Below are positions 1 through 9,165 of a DNA stretch of 64,000 nt, one piece after another. The position numbers and the translations under genes are program-made. Origin of the DNA: a virus (taxonomy: Duplodnaviria; Caudoviricetes); the IMG/VR virus record IMGVR_UViG_3300021964_009400; one strand, written 5' to 3'. A model generated the notes under the pieces. It did no database searches and had not been told where the DNA came from. It saw only the letters and a list, made by a program, of their open reading frames with translations. Each line of letters opens with the position of its first letter. Position 1 is the first letter of the stretch.

Positions 1-7
1 ACTGGTC

Positions 8-679
8 GTGGGAACTAACTTATTAATATTATTTGGTCAGTTAAGAACATTTGAATATGTAATACCTCATCTAAAAAGAATAGATGATGTTGATGTTGTT
101 ATTTCTACTTGGTCAGAAAATGTTATTAATGGTGAAAAAACATTAGTAGATGAAAATTTAATTCTAAACACTATACCAAATATAAAAAAAATTCATATAT
201 CAAATCAAAATAGTATTGAAATAAATACTATGTTATCTAAACATGGATTTACTTTCCACTTAATGGTTCATCATTGGAAAACTTCAATAAACAATATTGA
301 AAACATAAATCAGTATGATAAGATAATATTACATAGATGCGATTTATATTCGGATTGGGATAAAATTTTAGATTTAGATATTCAAGAAGATACAATTTAT
401 TTACATCACAACAATCTTCCTTATCGTACAACAGATGAATATCCTAATGCAATATGGTGTAATGATTATTTCTTTTTTGGAAAACCTAGTATAATAAAAA
501 AATATATTAATTCTTTTGATAGATATGATTATGATGACCCACATTTAGATATTTATAAAACCTTATACGATAATAATATCAAGTATGAAAGATATGTTTT
601 ATGTGGAAAACTTATAAAAGATATGAACGATACTTTTTCATCATGTGAAATTACTGGTCCTAATGAAATAGCATCATAA
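8..679 (+). CDS. putative glycosyltransferase-like protein (WavE-like)
   Basis: 223 aa; N-terminal LFGQLRTF, DVVISTW, RCD and NDYFFFG motifs typical of phage sugar-transferase-like proteins. GTG start is uncertain at the window edge. Confidence 0.45.
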   Translation: MGTNLLILFGQLRTFEYVIPHLKRIDDVDVVISTWSENVINGEKTLVDENLILNTIPNIKKIHISNQNSIEINTMLSKHGFTFHLMVHHWKTSINNIENINQYDKIILHRCDLYSDWDKILDLDIQEDTIYLHHNNLPYRTTDEYPNAIWCNDYFFFGKPSIIKKYINSFDRYDYDDPHLDIYKTLYDNNIKYERYVLCGKLIKDMNDTFSSCEITGPNEIAS

Positions 680-698
680 AAATAAAAACTTTAAAAGA

Positions 699-732
699 CC
701 ATTGTAGTCTCAGATATTTTTCGTATATTTAC
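699..732 (+). promoter_or_regulatory. Bacteroidota-type promoter, TAGTCTC subclass
   Basis: CCATTGTAGTCTC-N12-TATATTTAC upstream of ORF 738; near-identical copies at 16357, 18991 and 22975. Confidence 0.75.
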
Positions 733-737
733 ATAAT

Positions 738-953
738 ATGGATTTGATACAATTTTTAAGTAGTTATTTTATCATAGGGTTGATATGGACTGCAATAGTA
801 GAATACTTAACCACAAAGTTTGGAGTTGGACCACCATGGGTAAATGGAGAAAGAGTTCTACAAATAACTCTATGGCCTTGGTATGTATTTTTATTTCTCG
901 TAAACTTTATTGGAAGTTTTGCGGATAAGTTTGATGACACTAATGATGATTAA
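738..953 (+). CDS. small membrane protein
   Basis: 71 aa, two hydrophobic segments, directly after a promoter. Confidence 0.75.
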   Translation: MDLIQFLSSYFIIGLIWTAIVEYLTTKFGVGPPWVNGERVLQITLWPWYVFLFLVNFIGSFADKFDDTNDD

Positions 954-961
954 GACCCACA

Positions 962-1315
962 ATGAGAAGATGTAATGTATGTAATAAGAAAAGACCAGAT
1001 GTATGGTATAAGAACAAAAGAAAAAAAACTTGTCGTTCTTGTGAGAATACATGGAAAGGTACACTATTACGATTACTAGTTAAACAAAGAGAACTAACAC
1101 CAGAAGAAAGGTTAGGTAATCGATTAGGTTATATGGGAAGTGGGTTTATTATGATTTCCCCTTATTTACTACCCTATGATAACATAGGTGCATATACTTA
1201 CTTAATTGGAGCGGTATTATCAATTCCTCAAGTATTTCTTGCTAAGCAATGGAATTTAGTAATAATTAATTTAAATTTATTAATTGGGTACGGTCTTTAC
1301 CTATACAATGTGTAA
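962..1315 (+). CDS. zinc-finger-fused small membrane protein
   Basis: CxxC..CxxC N-terminus followed by about 3 hydrophobic helices. Confidence 0.7.
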   Translation: MRRCNVCNKKRPDVWYKNKRKKTCRSCENTWKGTLLRLLVKQRELTPEERLGNRLGYMGSGFIMISPYLLPYDNIGAYTYLIGAVLSIPQVFLAKQWNLVIINLNLLIGYGLYLYNV

Positions 1316-1321
1316 TCTATG

Positions 1322-1330
1322 ATATTTATA
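1322..1330 (+). promoter_or_regulatory. putative late promoter ATATTTATA
   Basis: Intergenic copy of the recurrent motif. Confidence 0.45.
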
Positions 1331-1367
1331 TACAAGGAGTGTAGCACAAAAGTTTACAACCTCGATT

Positions 1368-1514
1368 ATGAATATAGGAAACACATTTAGTATAGATAAA
1401 GAATTTGATGATATGATGGAAAGAAAAAAAAATTCTCTCCAAAAAAATTTCGGTAAATCTAATATATCAAAGAATAACCCTATAACAATTAAGAACGGTA
1501 CCACATTAAAGTAA
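1368..1514 (+). CDS. hypothetical protein (48 aa, not in ORF track)
   Basis: MNIGNTFSIDKEFDDMMERKK...; fills the + strand gap after the ATATTTATA motif. Confidence 0.55.
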   Translation: MNIGNTFSIDKEFDDMMERKKNSLQKNFGKSNISKNNPITIKNGTTLK

Positions 1515-1536
1515 ACTCAGTATATAACTAACAACT

Positions 1537-1953
1537 ATGAAAGATTGGAATGATTTCTTACCTAACGATGATGAAGAACAAGATGATGATATGTTCGGAA
1601 CCAATAGGACTCCTAATCAAGATTGGATAGAAAGACAAGTTGAAATAGAAAAAACTATGTTATTTGCTGATATACAGAAAGGTAACCCTATACCCTTATC
1701 TCCCAAGGACTGGTCAGAGTTATGGGAAATCACACAAGGAGATAAAGAGGAACTCACTCAACTATGGGTAAGACACTATATGAGGATAGGAGATACTACA
1801 AAAGGAAAGTGGGAACTTCTTGATATGTTTCCTCGTAAGTGGTTGACCCTACTCTTGATACATAACGAAGAAAGGGAAGAATACGAACTTTGTTCTCTTA
1901 TTAACGAACTTATCTTATGGGAAAGAAAAAAGGGAAAAGAACTTGTAAGTTAA
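1537..1953 (+). CDS. hypothetical protein with C-terminal EEYExC motif
   Basis: 138 aa, acidic N-terminus, EEREEYELCSLI. Confidence 0.75.
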   Translation: MKDWNDFLPNDDEEQDDDMFGTNRTPNQDWIERQVEIEKTMLFADIQKGNPIPLSPKDWSELWEITQGDKEELTQLWVRHYMRIGDTTKGKWELLDMFPRKWLTLLLIHNEEREEYELCSLINELILWERKKGKELVS

Positions 1954-1972
1954 TAAAAAGCGAGGGGACATT

Positions 1973-1981
1973 ATATTTATA
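1973..1981 (+). promoter_or_regulatory. putative late promoter ATATTTATA
   Basis: Intergenic, upstream of the radical SAM gene. Confidence 0.4.
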
Positions 1982-2066
1982 ATACTATCAATAAAAAGAA
2001 AGGGAAAAATTCTCCGACTGGGTTAGTAAAAAATTTTTAAAAAACCGACACGATTTTAGTTTTCAC

Positions 2067-3875
2067 ATGAACGAGGTTGAAAAAAGAATAAAACATCAAA
2101 TAGATAATAACATTGCTCAAACTGATTTAAAGATTGATTTGGTTCAATATATGTCTCAATCAAAAAGAGCAAAAGATTATTACCTCAAACAAAAGGCAAA
2201 GGGTGAGGAGTTTAAACATCAATTCCGATATGAAGTTATTGGAGAACAAGATGCTCTTTTGATGCAAGTACCAAATATAAACGAATCGGGTTATTACGCG
2301 GGGGTTGTTGCCTTAAAATCATATGTGGATAAGTTCCACTCGGATTTGAATGTTGAGATTATAGACCCGGTCATAGATTACTTTTATTTAAATCCACCCG
2401 ATAAAGAATCCGATTTCTTTCAAATGTTTAACACCTACGCAAGACAAGGTGAATGGGAAGAACTTCTTAAGTTCCAAGAAATACACGATATATGTGAAGG
2501 GTTTATTTTTAAATACATTGATAAATGTAATCCTGCATTTTTTGGTTTAAGTATTATTGATGGTAACATAGACGCATCTCTTGCAATAGCAAGTTTAATA
2601 AAAAAGAAATACCCTCATATTAAAATTCTTATGGGTGGTAATGGAATCGAGGTTTTAGATTTCGGTATGTTACCTAACTCAAAATACACTACAATAGATT
2701 ATAATTTTGTAGATGTATTCTCAAGAGGTGATGGTGAAGCAACATTCGTAGAGATTCTTAAATGTGATATGAGTGATGAATCTCTTTCAAAGATAAAAGG
2801 GATTGTTTGGAGAAAATCAACTGGTGAACATATAGATACTCCAATGGAATTAACTCATAATCCATCGAGAGAAAATATAGATATGAACTCACTTCCAATG
2901 CCTGATTATTCATCTTTGGAAGAAAACTATTATTACCACTCTACATACCAATATTCAGTTCCACTTGTATTAAGTAGAGGATGTCCTTATCGTTGTACCT
3001 TTTGTTCGGTACCTGAATTTATACCTGTATTCCGATATAGAACTCACGAAAGTGTTATGGAAGAAATGGAGTATTGGGTAAATAAGGGAAGAAAAAGTTT
3101 CTTTATGCACGATAGTATTATAAATGGAAACCCAAAATGGTTAATGCAATTTTGTGAAATGATAATCGATAAATGGGGTGAGTACCAAATTGATTTTGGT
3201 GGAAATATGAGATTGCAGAATGTAATGAGAGATTTGGATACTATGTGGTTATTCCGAAGAGCGGGGTTATCTAAAATGATTACTGGTTTTGAATCGGCAT
3301 CTGAACCTGTTTTAAAACATATGAAGAAATATACAAACATGGAAGGTGTACGAGAAATCTTTGATAATGTACGAAGTATAAATAAAGTATTACAAAAAGA
3401 AAGACCTCACGCACCAAAGATGCAATTTGCAATGCAACTTATTATTGGTTATTTAAATGAAACGCGAGAAGATTTTCAACGAACAGTTGATTTCGTAAAA
3501 GAATATAATGATTGTATGTCAGAGATACTCACTTGTTCTGCATTTTTATTACACACTACACTACAAAATAAATGGATAGCAGAGGGAGAACCTCTTATCC
3601 AACATAGGAACTCTGTTATATTTGATACCATGTACAACACTACACAAGATAGATTAAATTGGTTAAATGAAATAGAACAGGTTTTTAAAGATTATAATCT
3701 ACCATACTCTATTTACAATCGAGGAATATTCCACGAACTTATGAAAGAGAATGAAACAGCACAAGAACATTACACATGGATAAATGGAGAATTGTTTTTT
3801 GGCGCAAATGGAGAGAAACCAACACTAGATATGATACACGAAGAGTTGGGAATTAAAAAGAAAAAATTAATGTAA
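2067..3875 (+). CDS. cobalamin-binding radical SAM enzyme (class B methylase-like)
   Basis: SRGCPYRCTFC (CxxxCxxC), upstream B12-binding Rossmann domain (FGLS...IKKKYPHIKILMGG, RGDGE), GFESAS and IIGY motifs. Confidence 0.88.
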   Translation: MNEVEKRIKHQIDNNIAQTDLKIDLVQYMSQSKRAKDYYLKQKAKGEEFKHQFRYEVIGEQDALLMQVPNINESGYYAGVVALKSYVDKFHSDLNVEIIDPVIDYFYLNPPDKESDFFQMFNTYARQGEWEELLKFQEIHDICEGFIFKYIDKCNPAFFGLSIIDGNIDASLAIASLIKKKYPHIKILMGGNGIEVLDFGMLPNSKYTTIDYNFVDVFSRGDGEATFVEILKCDMSDESLSKIKGIVWRKSTGEHIDTPMELTHNPSRENIDMNSLPMPDYSSLEENYYYHSTYQYSVPLVLSRGCPYRCTFCSVPEFIPVFRYRTHESVMEEMEYWVNKGRKSFFMHDSIINGNPKWLMQFCEMIIDKWGEYQIDFGGNMRLQNVMRDLDTMWLFRRAGLSKMITGFESASEPVLKHMKKYTNMEGVREIFDNVRSINKVLQKERPHAPKMQFAMQLIIGYLNETREDFQRTVDFVKEYNDCMSEILTCSAFLLHTTLQNKWIAEGEPLIQHRNSVIFDTMYNTTQDRLNWLNEIEQVFKDYNLPYSIYNRGIFHELMKENETAQEHYTWINGELFFGANGEKPTLDMIHEELGIKKKKLM

Positions 3876-4241
3876 ATGGAAGAAAAATTCAATTGGTTAT
3901 TTTTATTATACGCAGTAATCCTAATAACACTCGGTCAGACCGGGGCTTACCTACAACATAACTACCAATTTTTAGATAAACGATTTCCACCAGAATGGTG
4001 GGGTTGGTATCTAATGGCAATACCAATCACTTGGTTCTTTTTAAAAGGAACATACTATGGAGTAACTGCTTTTGAAGGAGATTTGTGGCCTAATAGATTT
4101 ATTGGTTTTGTAATAGGTATAATATCATATACCATTCTAACATCTTGGTTATTTAAACAACATATAACACCAAAAATATCTGTCCAAATTGTTTTATGTG
4201 TTGCAATATTGATGGTTCAATTTTTATGGAAAGGCAAATAA
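3876..4241 (+). CDS. 4-TM membrane protein (SMR/DMT-like size)
   Basis: 121 aa with four hydrophobic segments. Confidence 0.7.
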   Translation: MEEKFNWLFLLYAVILITLGQTGAYLQHNYQFLDKRFPPEWWGWYLMAIPITWFFLKGTYYGVTAFEGDLWPNRFIGFVIGIISYTILTSWLFKQHITPKISVQIVLCVAILMVQFLWKGK

Positions 4242-5530
4242 GCATAGAAAATTTATTTAAAACAAAAATTCACAATAAGAGAATTTTACTACTAGAACCT
4301 AATTGCGATTTACAGAATTCTACTTTCTGTGGATTAAACTTTAGTCTAACAACAGAATATGATACTCTCTATAATTTAGATGATATTGAAAGATTTGCAA
4401 ATACACATTGGGATTATATAATAGGTCATGTTTTTCATATTAGAAAGTTTACAAAAACCGAAATTAGTTTATTTTCAACCCACAATATTACTTGTGATAC
4501 TCTTGTATGCGATGAGTTGGGTGAGGGCTTTTCACTTAATGCAGATTGTAAACGAATATTATTTGATTTAGAGTTTGATAAGATATTAAAATTAAAAACA
4601 GTAAAATGGCTAACACCCTTTTATGATTATTCTTCAATTCAACACCAATATCCTAATGTTGAATTTTTTAGTGAGAAACATTCTGGTCTACTATTATTCT
4701 GTGGAAAAAGTAATCGTATGATTCATGGAGATACTACCGAGGCACTTCGATATTCAAACAAATTAACCTATGGGTTATCTTGGAAACCTGAATTAAAAGA
4801 AAGATTATTTTTATCATTAAATAATGAAACTCGTACACATCGAAGTTTACTGATACATTATTTAACCGAAGAAAACTTATTAGATAAAGGATATGTATCA
4901 TATTTAAACCCACCACAAGATTTAAAGCTCCAACTAAATTTTAAAACTTATTTAGAAAAATTAAATGTAAAAAGATTAATACTGCCGTGGGAATCTGAAA
5001 TAGATGAAATAAATAGGTTTGGTATTCAAATAAACGCAGCAGAAAAAACTTATATAGATGTTGTTACAGAATCAAGTACAGGTCTATGGCCATTCAAAAC
5101 AGAAAAATGTTTAAAACCATTTTATAACTTACAGTTCCCAATGATATTTGGTCACGAAGGAATTATACAAGATTTAAGAGATGTTGGTTTTGATTTGTTT
5201 GATGATATAATAAATCACGATTATGATGATGGAAGTAATCAGCCAGGATATATTAATAGAATATCGAATGATATGGATTTAACAATAGATGGATATAATG
5301 ATAATAAACGAATACCTTTTTTAGTTAAAGAATTAAAACGATTATCAACACTTGATATAAAAAAAATATATGAAAATAACAAAGATAGATTTCTTAAAAA
5401 TCAACAACTTGTATGGGATTTAACCATAAAAGAAAATAAAATATTATATAAAGTTGGTAAGTTTGTATTTGGAGATGATATAGAATTTTTTGATACACCA
5501 ATAGAAGATTTAAAAAAAGTTTATTTATGA
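4226..5530 (+). CDS. putative glycosyltransferase (GT10/GT-B-like)
   Basis: IDVVTES..KTEKCLKPF..PMIFG..LRDVGFDLF resembles the TEK..P..G motif of fucosyltransferase-like GTs. Start moved to ATG 4226 (MERQ). Confidence 0.5.
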   Translation: MERQISIENLFKTKIHNKRILLLEPNCDLQNSTFCGLNFSLTTEYDTLYNLDDIERFANTHWDYIIGHVFHIRKFTKTEISLFSTHNITCDTLVCDELGEGFSLNADCKRILFDLEFDKILKLKTVKWLTPFYDYSSIQHQYPNVEFFSEKHSGLLLFCGKSNRMIHGDTTEALRYSNKLTYGLSWKPELKERLFLSLNNETRTHRSLLIHYLTEENLLDKGYVSYLNPPQDLKLQLNFKTYLEKLNVKRLILPWESEIDEINRFGIQINAAEKTYIDVVTESSTGLWPFKTEKCLKPFYNLQFPMIFGHEGIIQDLRDVGFDLFDDIINHDYDDGSNQPGYINRISNDMDLTIDGYNDNKRIPFLVKELKRLSTLDIKKIYENNKDRFLKNQQLVWDLTIKENKILYKVGKFVFGDDIEFFDTPIEDLKKVYL

Positions 5531-5748
5531 ATGAAATAGATTTACATGGATTTACCCATGATGAAGCAGTATTTGCAGCAGAGGATTTTGTTTTGTTACA
5601 ATCACAAGATGAGGTGTTTCAATGTACAATAATTACTGGCAATTCTCACAAACTACAAAAAAGAATTCAAGATGAGATTCTTGATAAACATGGATTTAAT
5701 TACTATATACCATCTTGGAATACAGGTGAAATAATAGTTACCCATTAA
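5527..5748 (+). CDS. stand-alone Smr domain protein
   Basis: IDLHGFTHDEA followed by IITG; 73 aa. Confidence 0.75.
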   Translation: MNEIDLHGFTHDEAVFAAEDFVLLQSQDEVFQCTIITGNSHKLQKRIQDEILDKHGFNYYIPSWNTGEIIVTH

Positions 5749-5764
5749 AAAAAGTGTAAAATAA

Positions 5765-5796
5765 TTTGGAGCTTTAAAATATTTTTCGTATATTTG
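5765..5796 (+). promoter_or_regulatory. Bacteroidota sigma-A-type promoter
   Basis: TTTG-N20-TATATTTG (-33/-7 consensus). Confidence 0.8.
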
Positions 5797-5824
5797 TAGT
5801 AATATAAATTTTAAATATAAAACA

Positions 5825-5944
5825 ATGAGTAAAAAGCTATCACAAAAAAGAAAAATGCATTTAGAAAGCACGGCTACTAAAAGTGTAAACAAAAAAATCA
5901 AAAGAAAAAACTACGCAGTTCTTAGAAAAAGAGAAACTGTATAA
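5825..5944 (+). CDS. small highly basic protein (39 aa, not in ORF track)
   Basis: MSKKLSQKRKMHLESTATKSVNKKIKRKNYAVLRKRETV; first ORF after a promoter. Confidence 0.6.
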   Translation: MSKKLSQKRKMHLESTATKSVNKKIKRKNYAVLRKRETV

Positions 5945-5964
5945 TAAATTTAAATTAATAAATC

Positions 5965-6345
5965 ATGAGTGAAAAATTTTATGTAAGAAGGTGTGAGAAA
6001 TACACCTTATGGGAAGCAACAGAAGAACCAATTGAGGTTGATGTTGACAAACTAAGAAAATGCGAACCTCCATATGAGGGAAATACATCAGAAGAACTTT
6101 GGGATTATCTACAAGCGAATCTTTACGATTGGGATTTCCAAGAGGAGTTCGTTGAAACTAATAAAGAAGTTTATGGTGAAGATGAGTTACAAGACCTTTT
6201 ATTAGAAGATGGATATCACGACAGAAAGATATATTCTGATACAAGAGAAAAATATGGAGATGATTGGGTAGAACTTGGACATAAAAACGAAGAGTATAGA
6301 AAGACAGGTGGATTCCAATCTCTACACGATAATGGTAATTGGTAA
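5965..6345 (+). CDS. hypothetical acidic protein
   Basis: 126 aa ORF in operon context. Confidence 0.75.
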   Translation: MSEKFYVRRCEKYTLWEATEEPIEVDVDKLRKCEPPYEGNTSEELWDYLQANLYDWDFQEEFVETNKEVYGEDELQDLLLEDGYHDRKIYSDTREKYGDDWVELGHKNEEYRKTGGFQSLHDNGNW

Positions 6346-6348
6346 GTT

Positions 6349-6615
6349 ATGGCAATAGAAAAAGATAAAGCAAAAGAGTTAGTTAACGATGCGAGATACA
6401 TTCACGATTCGTTAAAAACATATCTCAAAGATGATAGTATAGAAGATTCATTATTATTCTTCTATGGGTACAAATGTATTCAGTTAGCATCTGAACTTTT
6501 TCAAGAGGTAAATTTGAGAGATATAACTAAGAAACAAAAAGGTTATACTTATGATTTACTAAACGCATTTAAGGAAAAGTATCCTGATTTCGAAGATGAA
6601 TTTAATAAACAATAG
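6349..6615 (+). CDS. hypothetical protein
   Basis: 88 aa ORF in operon context. Confidence 0.7.
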   Translation: MAIEKDKAKELVNDARYIHDSLKTYLKDDSIEDSLLFFYGYKCIQLASELFQEVNLRDITKKQKGYTYDLLNAFKEKYPDFEDEFNKQ

Positions 6616-6617
6616 GT

Positions 6618-7178
6618 ATGGCAAATCACATGAGTACTCACATCATTGTTAGAAACGGTGATAACAAAGTATTAGAAAAACTCAGAGAAATCTTTACACC
6701 CAACGAAGGTGAGTATCAAGTTGATACCGAAGATTTAGGAAAACGAATCTTTGATGAAGATGTACCAGAAGAATATGATAGAGATTGGTATATTGATAAT
6801 GTAGGAGCAAAGTGGGTATATTCTGAATACGATGATAGTGATGATATAGATTACATTCATCTTATGTTAACATCAGCATGGTCAGTACCTCAAGGATTAC
6901 TTGAAAAATTAGCAGAAATTTTATCTAATGTGAAAGAGGATTGTTATATTTGTGGTACATATGAAGATGAATCATATGACCCAATAGGTGTTTTTTTATA
7001 TGCAAAAGATTATGATGATATCGAAGATTATGATGATGAAATTGACAATGATAAAATGTGGGATGATGATGAATATAGAGAATCTATATGGGAAAAGGTA
7101 TCATCGTGTAGAGATGATTTTGAAAAATCATATATTGAATATTTAAAAGATTTAGAAGATGAGAAAATTAATATATAA
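6618..7178 (+). CDS. DUF1281/YubB-like ferredoxin-fold protein
   Basis: DWYIDNVGAKW and LTSAWSVP match the W...NWGTKW / TAWsPP pattern. Confidence 0.6.
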   Translation: MANHMSTHIIVRNGDNKVLEKLREIFTPNEGEYQVDTEDLGKRIFDEDVPEEYDRDWYIDNVGAKWVYSEYDDSDDIDYIHLMLTSAWSVPQGLLEKLAEILSNVKEDCYICGTYEDESYDPIGVFLYAKDYDDIEDYDDEIDNDKMWDDDEYRESIWEKVSSCRDDFEKSYIEYLKDLEDEKINI

Positions 7179-7359
7179 AATAACAGAAGAAAAAACACAA
7201 TCTCAATCTATTTATCATATTGAGTTTATTACTGATAGAACACCAGAATGGACAGAAGAACAATACTTGAGAAATAGAAGTAACACAATAATGGAATTGG
7301 TAAGTAATGAAGAAACAAAAGAACAAGAAAGTTTATCAAGAGAAGTTAAGTTGGGATGA
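7159..7359 (+). CDS. hypothetical protein
   Basis: 66 aa, overlapping the neighbouring gene in the operon. Confidence 0.65.
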   Translation: MRKLIYKITEEKTQSQSIYHIEFITDRTPEWTEEQYLRNRSNTIMELVSNEETKEQESLSREVKLG

Positions 7360-7360
7360 T

Positions 7361-7486
7361 ATGACCTATGGTGAGGCATCTCATCATATAGGTAAAAAAA
7401 CTACTGAGAAAGTTCATAAATCAAAAAAGGATTATTCTCGTAAAGGTAAATCAAAAAGAGATTGGATAAGTTATGAAGATGAATAA
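7361..7486 (+). CDS. small basic peptide, ArfA-like motif (41 aa, not in ORF track)
   Basis: MTYGEASHHIGKKTTEKVHKSKKDYSRKGKSKRDWISYEDE; starts 1 nt after the previous stop and overlaps the next start. Confidence 0.6.
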   Translation: MTYGEASHHIGKKTTEKVHKSKKDYSRKGKSKRDWISYEDE

Positions 7487-7973
7487 AAGAGAATTACTAC
7501 TTGTAGGATTTGTTATTATGGCGGTGTTGGTAAGATTATTACCACATCCACCAAACTTTACACCAATAACAGCACTTGCTTTATTCGGTGGAACAACATT
7601 TAAAAACAAGTGGTTGGGTATCTCTTTACCTTTAATAGCAATGGGGATATCTGATATGTATTTAGGTTTCTATGGTATCTCTTATTGGGTATATGGTTCG
7701 TTCTTTCTTATTAGTATATTAGGAACCTATTGGAAAAAGATAAGGGTTAAGAATGTATTTATTTCATCACTTATCTTTTTTATTATTACCAACTTTGGAG
7801 TTTGGTTAATGGGTGGTTATCCAAAAACAATAGAAGGAATTCTATTATGTTATACAATGGCATTACCATTCTTTCTTAACTCTATTGCTGGAGATTTCTT
7901 TTTCAGTTATCTATTGAAATTTTCATTTAGATATTCTGAAAAGAAAATATTGCTCGGTTCGTCTAACGGTTAG
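7479..7973 (+). CDS. DUF6580-like membrane protein (ECF S-component-like)
   Basis: RLLPHPPNFTPITALALFGG and NFGVW motifs, about 5 TM helices; likely ATG at 7479. Confidence 0.7.
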   Translation: MNKRELLLVGFVIMAVLVRLLPHPPNFTPITALALFGGTTFKNKWLGISLPLIAMGISDMYLGFYGISYWVYGSFFLISILGTYWKKIRVKNVFISSLIFFIITNFGVWLMGGYPKTIEGILLCYTMALPFFLNSIAGDFFFSYLLKFSFRYSEKKILLGSSNG

Positions 7974-8023
7974 GACCTCAGGTTTTCATCCTGGTAATAG
8001 GGGTTCGATTCCCCTACCGAGTA
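7952..8023 (+). tRNA. tRNA-Glu(TTC)
   Basis: Acceptor GCTCGGT/ACCGAGT, anticodon arm TCAGG-TT-TTC-AT-CCTGG, T-loop GGTTCGATT. Confidence 0.92.
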
Positions 8024-8069
8024 CAACTATTGTTCATTGAAATATTGTTTAATTAAAAAAAAGAAAATT

Positions 8070-8432
8070 ATGGAAACACTTTATATTGTAATAGGTGCAT
8101 TCTCATCCATCTTTATATTCCTTTTGGGGTATGCGGTGAGTGGTGTATTTAATGGAAAAAAGCGATTAAATTATTTAGAATCCTATATAGAGGATGCTGA
8201 AATACAAATAGCAAATCTCAATAGAGATATTAACGAAAGAGTTAATATTGATGTTGAGATGTTATCTGGTAATATTACTGAATTAGATAGAGATGTTCAT
8301 TCTCTAATTGATTCAAGGTTAGATAAATTAGAAAGTAAATTGAAGGAAATGATTCCACCTACCAACGAAGAGTTGATAAAACGAATCAAAAAAATAGAAG
8401 AAGAATCTTACAGATTAAGAATGAATATGTAA
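8070..8432 (+). CDS. membrane-anchored coiled-coil protein
   Basis: N-terminal TM then heptad-rich region; ATG 8070 preferred. Confidence 0.75.
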   Translation: METLYIVIGAFSSIFIFLLGYAVSGVFNGKKRLNYLESYIEDAEIQIANLNRDINERVNIDVEMLSGNITELDRDVHSLIDSRLDKLESKLKEMIPPTNEELIKRIKKIEEESYRLRMNM

Positions 8433-8455
8433 GATATTAAATTGAACGATAGTTA

Positions 8456-8543
<88 letters not shown>

Positions 8544-8544
8544 T

Positions 8545-8618
8545 GGGGGATTAGCTCAGCTGGCTAGAGCACTTGATTTGCATTCAAGAGGTCATCGGTT
8601 CGACTCCGATATCCTCCA
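8545..8618 (+). tRNA. tRNA-Ala(TGC)
   Basis: Acceptor GGGGGAT/ATCCTCC with the G3:U70 identity pair, anticodon arm CTTGA-TT-TGC-AT-TCAAG. Confidence 0.95.
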
Positions 8619-8638
8619 CTAATTTAAATTAATTAATT

Positions 8639-8857
8639 ATGAAAAATCTATTAGTATTATTTTTTATAACATCAATCTTTGTTAGTTGTACTGACAAAAA
8701 GAAAGATAAAAAAGTATGTGATGTTTGTAAAAAACAAATGACAGAAGAAGTTGTAACAGATTCAAATTCGGTAAAGTTAGAAGGTTTGATAAATGCAGAT
8801 ACTACCGAATTGGAAACACCAACTCCTGAAGTTGTAGAAGAAGTTATTAATCAATAA
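8639..8857 (+). CDS. small lipoprotein
   Basis: MKNLLVLFFITSIFVSC signal peptide and lipobox; lies between tRNA genes. Confidence 0.75.
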   Translation: MKNLLVLFFITSIFVSCTDKKKDKKVCDVCKKQMTEEVVTDSNSVKLEGLINADTTELETPTPEVVEEVINQ

Positions 8858-8866
8858 TAAATTCAA

Positions 8867-8940
8867 GCCTTTGTAGCTCAGCTGGCTAGAGCAGCTGATT
8901 TGTAATCAGCAGGTCGTGGGTTCGAGTCCCTCCGAAGGCT
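8867..8940 (+). tRNA. tRNA-Thr(TGT)
   Basis: Acceptor GCCTTTG/CGAAGGC, anticodon arm GCTGA-TT-TGT-AA-TCAGC, GGTTCGAGT T-loop. Confidence 0.95.
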
Positions 8941-8953
8941 CTTAATAAATAAA

Positions 8954-9157
8954 ATGAGATTTCCAATTAATAAAAGACCAATCGAATATATTAATGGTAA
9001 CCCCTATCTTATATGTGCTATTATACCAATTGAAAACTGTAAAAATGTGAGTTTGATTAAAGAATGGTTGGGAGCAGATACTGCATTCAAAGTACAAAGG
9101 GAAGGTAAGTATTGGTTCTGTGAAACAATTCAAGAAATAAATTACGAACCAATATAG
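8954..9157 (+). CDS. hypothetical protein
   Basis: 67 aa ORF after tRNA-Thr. Confidence 0.7.
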   Translation: MRFPINKRPIEYINGNPYLICAIIPIENCKNVSLIKEWLGADTAFKVQREGKYWFCETIQEINYEPI

Positions 9158-9165
9158 TTATAGTT

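Noticed and set aside
1954-2066. Intergenic stretch with CCGAC words and A/T runs as an origin or riboswitch
   Set aside because: No convincing iterons, and no cobalamin or SAM riboswitch core could be drawn.
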